Shown here piece after piece: positions 58,349 through 64,000 of a DNA stretch of 64,000 nt (position 1 is its first letter; the number at the start of each line of letters is the position of its first letter). Origin of the DNA: Polyangiales bacterium (GTDB lineage: Bacteria > Myxococcota_A > Polyangia > Polyangiales > JADJQN01); assembly GCA_964202905.1 (NCBI GenBank), contig CAXNJO010000002.1, positions 480,001-544,000 on the forward strand, in the 5' to 3' direction. Below the pieces are notes generated by a model. The model did not search any database. It saw only the letters and a list, made by a program, of their open reading frames with translations, and was not told the origin of the DNA. A program made the translations under genes and the position numbers.

Positions 58349-59248
58349 TCAGTGGATGTCGCCCTCGCGCGGATCGCGCGGCGGGCCTGGCGGCGCGGCG
58401 GGCGGCGCCTGCACCGTCGCGGGCCGCACGACGAACTCGAGCGTCTTCGTCTCACCGGGCGCGAGCCGCACGGTCTGCACGGACTCCTCGACGAGCGGGT
58501 TCCACGCGTGGACACGGAGTTCGACGTTCGCCTGGACGCGCTCGATCCGGAAGCGCCCGTCCGCGCCCGACACCGCGTGCAGCGGGTGGACGAGCGTCAT
58601 CACGTCGGTACGCCCGCACGCGGCACCGAAGGCGTTGCACGCGAGCGTCCGCGGCCCGACGCGGCCGAGCGTGAACTCGCGCGTCTGCCCTTTCACGAGG
58701 GCCTGCGTGATGCCGGGCCCCTCACCGCCCGTGGGCAGGAACGGATAGTCCGTCTCGTTGGTCAGCCGTACGCGGTCGCCCACGGTCGCATCGAGAAAGG
58801 GAATGTCGAGCATGCAATCGCGGATCGCGACCTCATGCGTGACGGGCGTCGGAGGCGGGGCCCAGCTGAAACCCGTCGGCGCGATGAGCACACCGGAGAC
58901 GGCCCGCGTGGCGGGGTCAGCGACGCGCGCCGATTGCGTGTCGACGAGTTTCGGAGGCCCGCACACCTCGGGTCGCTGCACGGGCGATCCAGGGGGCCGT
59001 GGCATCAGCGCCTCGGGCCACGAGGACGGCGCCGTGCCCTCGGCGAATCGCACGACCCCGACGAGCGTGCCAGTGGGCGGCGGCGCGGGAGGCGGCGGCT
59101 CGGGTGCCTTCGCCGGCGCGTTGGCAGCGGCCCCCGAAGCCGGGGTCGGGGTCCCCGAAGCCGGCGCCTCGCGCGGGCCGCACGCCGCGAAGGACAGGCA
59201 GAGGCAGAGTGACAAGGCGAGGCCGGACAGTGCGTTGCGTGCGCGCAT
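58349..59248 (-). CDS. Lipoprotein with cupredoxin-like / carboxypeptidase-regulatory-like domain
   Basis: Lipobox FAAC, Pro-rich linker, GDRVRLTN, AVSGADGRFRIE. Confidence 0.7.
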   Translation of the reverse strand: MRARNALSGLALSLCLCLSFAACGPREAPASGTPTPASGAAANAPAKAPEPPPPAPPPTGTLVGVVRFAEGTAPSSWPEALMPRPPGSPVQRPEVCGPPKLVDTQSARVADPATRAVSGVLIAPTGFSWAPPPTPVTHEVAIRDCMLDIPFLDATVGDRVRLTNETDYPFLPTGGEGPGITQALVKGQTREFTLGRVGPRTLACNAFGAACGRTDVMTLVHPLHAVSGADGRFRIERVQANVELRVHAWNPLVEESVQTVRLAPGETKTLEFVVRPATVQAPPAAPPGPPRDPREGDIH

Positions 59249-59301
59249 TGGCGGCGTTCTAGCAGGGATTCACGACCATCGCGCGCCCGGACGCGCGGGG
59301 C

Positions 59302-60336
59302 TCACCAGCGCACGAGCGCGCTCCCCCACGCGATGCCGCCACCCAGCGCGCAGAAGAGGAGCGTCTGCCCGGACCGCACCGAGCCGCCGCGGACCGCCTC
59401 GTCGAGCGCGATGGGAATCGAGGCGCTCGAGGTGTTGCCGTAGCGCTCGATGTTCAAGAAGAAGCGCTCGAGCGGGATGCCGCAGCGCTTCGCGACGACG
59501 TCGAGGATGCGGAGGTTGGCCTGATGCGGCACCACCCAGGCGACGTCGTCCGCGCCCAGCCCGTTCGCCTCGAGCGCGGTGAGGCTCGCCGACGACAGGT
59601 TCTTCACCGCGATCTTGAAGATCTCCGAGCCGACCATGTGCACGAGGTGTTGACCGGCGCGCACCGTGTCGAGCGTGGTGGGGCATGCCGAGCCGCCCGC
59701 AGGGATGTTCAGCGTCTCTGCGAGCGAGCCATCCGCGAAGAGATGCGTCGAGAGAATGCCCGCGCCGTCACCGCGAGCGGCGCTGACGACGACCGCGCCT
59801 GCGCCATCACCGAAGAGGATGCACGTGCCACGGTCGGACCAGTTCACGACGCGCGAGAGGAGCTCGACCCCGACGACGAGGACATGCCGCGCGGCGCCCG
59901 CCGACACGAACTGATCGGCGACCGAGAGTCCGTAGAGAAAACCCGCACAGGCGGCGCCGAGATCGAAGCCGGGACAATCCGCGCGCGCACCGATCTTTCG
60001 CTGCACGAACATGGCCGTCGACGGGAGCGGCATGTCGGGCGTCACCGTGCACACGATGATGAGGTCCAACTCCGTCGCCGCGATCCCCGCTGCCTCGAGC
60101 GCACTGCGTGCCGCCGCCGCCGCCATGTCGCTCGTCAGCTCGCCCTCGGCCGCGACGCGCCGCTCGCGGATCCCCGTGCGCTCGACGATCCAGGCGTCGG
60201 AGGTGTCGACCATCCGCTCGAGATCCGCGTTCGAGCGGACCTGCGCAGGTACATACTTGCCCGTGCCCGCGATGCGGGAGCGCGGAGTTCGCGGGGCGCG
60301 CGCGCCCGCGTGGTTGCTCGACGGCGTGTCGTCCAT
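59302..60336 (-). CDS. fabH: Beta-ketoacyl-ACP synthase III
   Basis: DTSDAWIVERTGIRERR, AACAGF, LFGDGAGA, PHQAN, YGNTSSAS (C-H-N triad). Confidence 0.95.
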   Translation of the reverse strand: MDDTPSSNHAGARAPRTPRSRIAGTGKYVPAQVRSNADLERMVDTSDAWIVERTGIRERRVAAEGELTSDMAAAAARSALEAAGIAATELDLIIVCTVTPDMPLPSTAMFVQRKIGARADCPGFDLGAACAGFLYGLSVADQFVSAGAARHVLVVGVELLSRVVNWSDRGTCILFGDGAGAVVVSAARGDGAGILSTHLFADGSLAETLNIPAGGSACPTTLDTVRAGQHLVHMVGSEIFKIAVKNLSSASLTALEANGLGADDVAWVVPHQANLRILDVVAKRCGIPLERFFLNIERYGNTSSASIPIALDEAVRGGSVRSGQTLLFCALGGGIAWGSALVRW

Positions 60337-60567
60337 GTCGGGCGTGACTCTAACCGCGGCGGCCCGCACAGGATAGACGCGAAGTGGCGATTCAACCGCG
60401 GCGAGAGAGCGCCGCGCCAAGTCCAACAGCGCGAGGTGCTCCGCGTCGCACACCACGCCGCGGAACGACTGCGTGAACCTCACGAACAGGGCGCGGGGAC
60501 TCCACCGACGAGGGCCGCAAACACTGCGCTGCAGGCGGCCGCGAACGCGGCCACCGTGGGTCCGGGC

Positions 60568-62076
60568 TCAGGCGGGCGCGCCGACGAGGCGACGCGCAGC
60601 CTCGAGCGCCCACGAGAGGTACGCATCCGGCGCGAGGCCCATGCGCAGGACGAAGTACGCGGCCAGCAGCAGCGCCACGGCCACGTAGCCCGACTTCATC
60701 GGAATGGCGATGGTCTGACCCTCGCGCGGGTCCTTCATGAACATCATGACGACCACACGAAGGTAGTAATACGCGCCGACCACGGAGGACAGCACGCCGA
60801 GCACGGCGAGGGCGATCATGCCGCCGCCCGCCTGCACCGCGGCGTTGAACACGTAGTACTTCGCGAAGAAGCCCGCCGTCGGGGGGAAGCCCATCAGCGA
60901 CAAGACGCCAAGGATGAACGGGAGCGCGACGAGCGGGTGACGACGTCCAACGCCGGCGAGGTCGTCGTAGCTCACGGCCTCACGGCCCCGGCTGCCCACG
61001 AGCACGAGCGAACCGAACGCGAGCGCGTTCGAGACGGTGTACGCGGCGAGGTAGAAGAGCACCGCGCTGACGGCCACTGCGCCCTGTGAGGGCAGCGCGA
61101 CGAAGCCGACCAGAACGTATCCCGCGTGCGCGATCGAGGAATACGCCAGCATGCGCTTGACGTTCGTCTGCACTGCCGCCGCGAGGTTTCCGACGACCAT
61201 CGTCAGCGCGGCGAGCGCCGCGAGGACCGTCGGCCAACCCGTCGTGACACTGGCGGTGAGCGGGTCGGAGAAGCCGGTGACCAACACACGGAGCAGCACC
61301 GCGAACGCCGCCGTCTTGACGGCCACGCTCATGAACGTGGTGACCGGGGTGATCGCGCCCTCGTAGGCGTCGGGTGTCCACTGGTGGAAGGGCACCGCGC
61401 TCACCTTGAACACGAGCCCGACGATCACGAGCAGCATGCCGAAGAGAACGAGCCGCGAGTCCGCATCGCCACCACGGATGGCGGCGCCGATGCCCGCGAA
61501 ATCGGTGTGCCCGGTCGCGCCGTAGAGGAGCGCGCTTCCGAACAGCAGGATGGCGGCCGCGAACGACCCGAGCAGGAAGTACTTGAGCGCGCCCTCGGCC
61601 GACCGCGGGCTCGTGCGGCGGAAGGCGACGAGTGAGTACACTCCGAGCGACATCGTCTCGAGGCCGATGAACAGCGTGAGCATGTCGGTCGCGCGTGCGA
61701 GCACGATGGCGCCGAACGCGCTGAAGAGAATGAGCGGATAGAACTCACCGCGCTCGAGCTCGTGCTCACGCAGGTAGCCGCCCGCCAGCAACACCGAGAA
61801 GGCCGCACCGGCGCAGATGACCACGTCGAAGAAGAGCGACACGCGGTCCGTGGCGATCCACGCGACGATCCAGTCGGGGCCGCGCGTTGCGCCCTTCACC
61901 CAGAGCGCGACCGACAGCCCGCCCGCGGCGAGCAGCACGACCGTGGTGAGCGTCGCCAGTTCGGCGCGCTGCGCGTTGGCGCCCTTCGGCGCGAACGCAT
62001 CGACCATCATGATCGCGAGACCGCCGAAGAGGAGGCAGAGGAGCGGGGCGAGGTACAGCAGGTCCGCGGCGGTCAC
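60568..62076 (-). CDS. nuoN: NADH-quinone oxidoreductase subunit N
   Basis: GEFY, EGALKYFLLGS, FKVSAVPFHQWTPDAYEGA, KRMLAYSSIAH. Confidence 0.96.
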   Translation of the reverse strand: MTAADLLYLAPLLCLLFGGLAIMMVDAFAPKGANAQRAELATLTTVVLLAAGGLSVALWVKGATRGPDWIVAWIATDRVSLFFDVVICAGAAFSVLLAGGYLREHELERGEFYPLILFSAFGAIVLARATDMLTLFIGLETMSLGVYSLVAFRRTSPRSAEGALKYFLLGSFAAAILLFGSALLYGATGHTDFAGIGAAIRGGDADSRLVLFGMLLVIVGLVFKVSAVPFHQWTPDAYEGAITPVTTFMSVAVKTAAFAVLLRVLVTGFSDPLTASVTTGWPTVLAALAALTMVVGNLAAAVQTNVKRMLAYSSIAHAGYVLVGFVALPSQGAVAVSAVLFYLAAYTVSNALAFGSLVLVGSRGREAVSYDDLAGVGRRHPLVALPFILGVLSLMGFPPTAGFFAKYYVFNAAVQAGGGMIALAVLGVLSSVVGAYYYLRVVVMMFMKDPREGQTIAIPMKSGYVAVALLLAAYFVLRMGLAPDAYLSWALEAARRLVGAPA

Positions 62077-63692
62077 TGCGCACCTCCGGGGGCGATCACT
62101 CGGACCTCGGCGCGCGCGCCAGCAGCGCCGGGCAGAGCCGGCGCGAGCCGGGCATCCGCGAGGTCGACCGTTGCGTTTCGCTTCTGCACATAGCCCTCGA
62201 TGAAGGCGTTCACACTCGGCTCCATCCGCGAAAGGAACATGCCCGGATAGAGACCAATCCAGAAGATGAGGACCACGAGCGGCGCGAGCGCGAAGGCCTC
62301 GCGGCGCGTGAGATCCGGCAGGGCGCGGTTCTCGGCCTTGTCGAGCGGGCCCCAGAACATCTTGAGAACCGCGTGCAGCATGTAGACCGCTGCGAGGACC
62401 ACACCGGTCGCGGCCGACGCGGAGAAGACGCGCGCGTACGGCAGCGCCTCGCTCGAGAAGGCCCCGCTCAGGATCATGAACTCGCCGACAAAACCGTTCG
62501 TGCCGGGGAGACCGACCGAACTCATCGTGACGATGACGAACACGACGGCGTAATACGGCATCACCTTCGCGAGGCCGCCGAAGGCGTCGAGATCACGTGT
62601 GTGGCGGCGCTCGTAGATGACGCCCACGAGGAGGAACAGGGCGCCGGTGGAGACGCCGTGGGACACCATCTGAAGGATGGCTCCCGAGATACCCTGCGTG
62701 GTGAGGGAGAAGAGGCCGAGCATCACGAAGCCGAGGTGGCTCACGGAACTGTAGGCGACGAGCTTCTTGACGTCCTTCTGCACCCAGGCGCAGTAGGCTC
62801 CGTACACGATTCCGATGACGGCGAACACCGCGAGCGTCGGCCCGAGGAAGTGGCTGGCCACCGGGAAGAGCGGCATCGCGAAGCGAAGGAAGCCGTAGGC
62901 GCCCATCTTGAGCAGGACGGCCGCCAGGATCACCGAGCCGCCCGTCGGCGCCTGCACGTGCGCATCCGGAAGCCAGGTGTGAAACGGAAACATGGGGACT
63001 TTGACCGCGAAGGCGAGCGCGAAGGCACCGAAGCACAGGTACTGGACCGCAGGCGGCAGCTGCACGCGCCCGAGCTCGGCGAGGTCGAAGCTGTAGTTGC
63101 CGGCGAGGCGCTCGTATTCGGAGACGAGGTAAAGCAGCGCCACGAGCATCAGCAAGGAGCCGACCATCGTGTAGATGAAGAACTTCACGGCCGCGTACAC
63201 GCGGTCCTTGCCGCCCCAGATGCCGATGATGAGATACATCGGCACCAGCATCAGCTCCCAAAACACATAGAAGAGGAAGAGATCGAGGGAGACGAAGGCG
63301 CCGATCATCCCGCACTCGAGCAGGAGGAAGGCGATCGCAAACTCCTTGATCTTCGTCTCCACCGACTGCCAGGAGCCGTAGAGCGCGATGGGCGTCAGGG
63401 CCGTGGTCAAGACCACGAGCCAGAGCGAGATACCGTCCACGCCCAGCTTGTACTGGATGCCGAGTCCCTCGACCCACGTGTGCGCCTCTACGAACTGATA
63501 GCCCGCGCTCGACCAGTCCACCGGGTCGAGGTGCCGGGTGATCAGCAGGCGGAGACTGAGCACGAACTCGACGAGCATCACGCCCACCGAGAACCCGCGC
63601 AGGGTGCGAAGGTACTGCCGCGGCGTGAACATCGCGACGAGCGCGCCAAAGAGCGGCAGAAACAGCAGGATCGAGAGCAGATGGCGGCTCAT
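62073..63692 (-). CDS. nuoM: NADH-quinone oxidoreductase subunit M
   Basis: LGVDGIS, FYVFWELMLVPM, KVPMFPFHTWLPDAH, KKLVAYSSVSH. Confidence 0.96.
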   Translation of the reverse strand: MSRHLLSILLFLPLFGALVAMFTPRQYLRTLRGFSVGVMLVEFVLSLRLLITRHLDPVDWSSAGYQFVEAHTWVEGLGIQYKLGVDGISLWLVVLTTALTPIALYGSWQSVETKIKEFAIAFLLLECGMIGAFVSLDLFLFYVFWELMLVPMYLIIGIWGGKDRVYAAVKFFIYTMVGSLLMLVALLYLVSEYERLAGNYSFDLAELGRVQLPPAVQYLCFGAFALAFAVKVPMFPFHTWLPDAHVQAPTGGSVILAAVLLKMGAYGFLRFAMPLFPVASHFLGPTLAVFAVIGIVYGAYCAWVQKDVKKLVAYSSVSHLGFVMLGLFSLTTQGISGAILQMVSHGVSTGALFLLVGVIYERRHTRDLDAFGGLAKVMPYYAVVFVIVTMSSVGLPGTNGFVGEFMILSGAFSSEALPYARVFSASAATGVVLAAVYMLHAVLKMFWGPLDKAENRALPDLTRREAFALAPLVVLIFWIGLYPGMFLSRMEPSVNAFIEGYVQKRNATVDLADARLAPALPGAAGARAEVRVIAPGGAQ

Positions 63693-64000
63693 CGTGCACC
63701 TCCGGGAGCGTCCGCACGGGCTTCGGTGGCGGGGCGCTCCGGCTGAACCACGACGTCGACCGTGTCATCCACCGTGTACCCAAAGGCGTTGCGAACCTCG
63801 ACCGTCGCGCTGACGACCGCCGCGACACGCACGAGCGCGTTGCCGACCTGCGCGACCTCGCCCGGGCGCAGCCGCGTCTCCGGCTCGGTGACCTCGGCCC
63901 CGCGGACGCGTACGCGAGCACCGTTCGGCCGGAGGATGGCCTCGCCCGAGTCGAGCGCGACCACGTGGACGCCCCGCGCGGTCTCGGCGACCGCCACCCG
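63689..64000 (-). CDS. 3' end of the gene coupled to nuoM; probably a soluble C-terminal extension of NuoL (partial)
   Basis: ATGA overlap with nuoM; frame open to the window edge; beta-rich soluble sequence. Identity rests on synteny only. Confidence 0.5.
   Translation of the reverse strand, partial: RVAVAETARGVHVVALDSGEAILRPNGARVRVRGAEVTEPETRLRPGEVAQVGNALVRVAAVVSATVEVRNAFGYTVDDTVDVVVQPERPATEARADAPGGAR

Overview
Very GC-rich bacterial DNA whose gene content (Cys-rich secreted repeat proteins, many lipoproteins) suggests Myxococcota, probably Polyangia-like; this is an inference. The window has three zones. (1) 1-31 kb is an accessory patchwork: intact single genes (lipoproteins, GST, FGE-family protein, MarC, LysR/oxidoreductase pairs, a SARP/STAND regulator next to a truncated haemoglobin) are separated by short remnants of unrelated genes (IS3 pieces, O-methyltransferase, SulP, NhaR-like LysR, MazF-like, icd), and several genes carry single-base frameshifts or in-frame TAG codons. 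(2) 31.3-44.9 kb holds an intact IS3 followed by two related elements integrated in tandem at the 3' half of tRNA-Asn(GTT). Each starts with a conserved ~300-bp non-coding end. Their junction carries a degenerate tRNA half, a perfect IHF consensus and arm-like repeats, yet no tyrosine integrase is present. Cargo: two nucleotidyltransferase toxin-antitoxin-like pairs, a frameshifted Fic gene, a large serine recombinase, and a translationally coupled four-gene operon (YhcG nuclease, helical protein, P-loop protein, Fic-like protein lacking the catalytic motif). That operon is the best candidate here for an undescribed defence or conflict system. (3) 44.9-64 kb is intact core genome: parvulin, an atypical glgA, yajQ, tsaB, miaE, lepB, radical SAM, a sarcosine-oxidase-like trio, fabH and nuoN/M/L. 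Start codons were chosen by eye and family calls come from motif recognition, not database searches.
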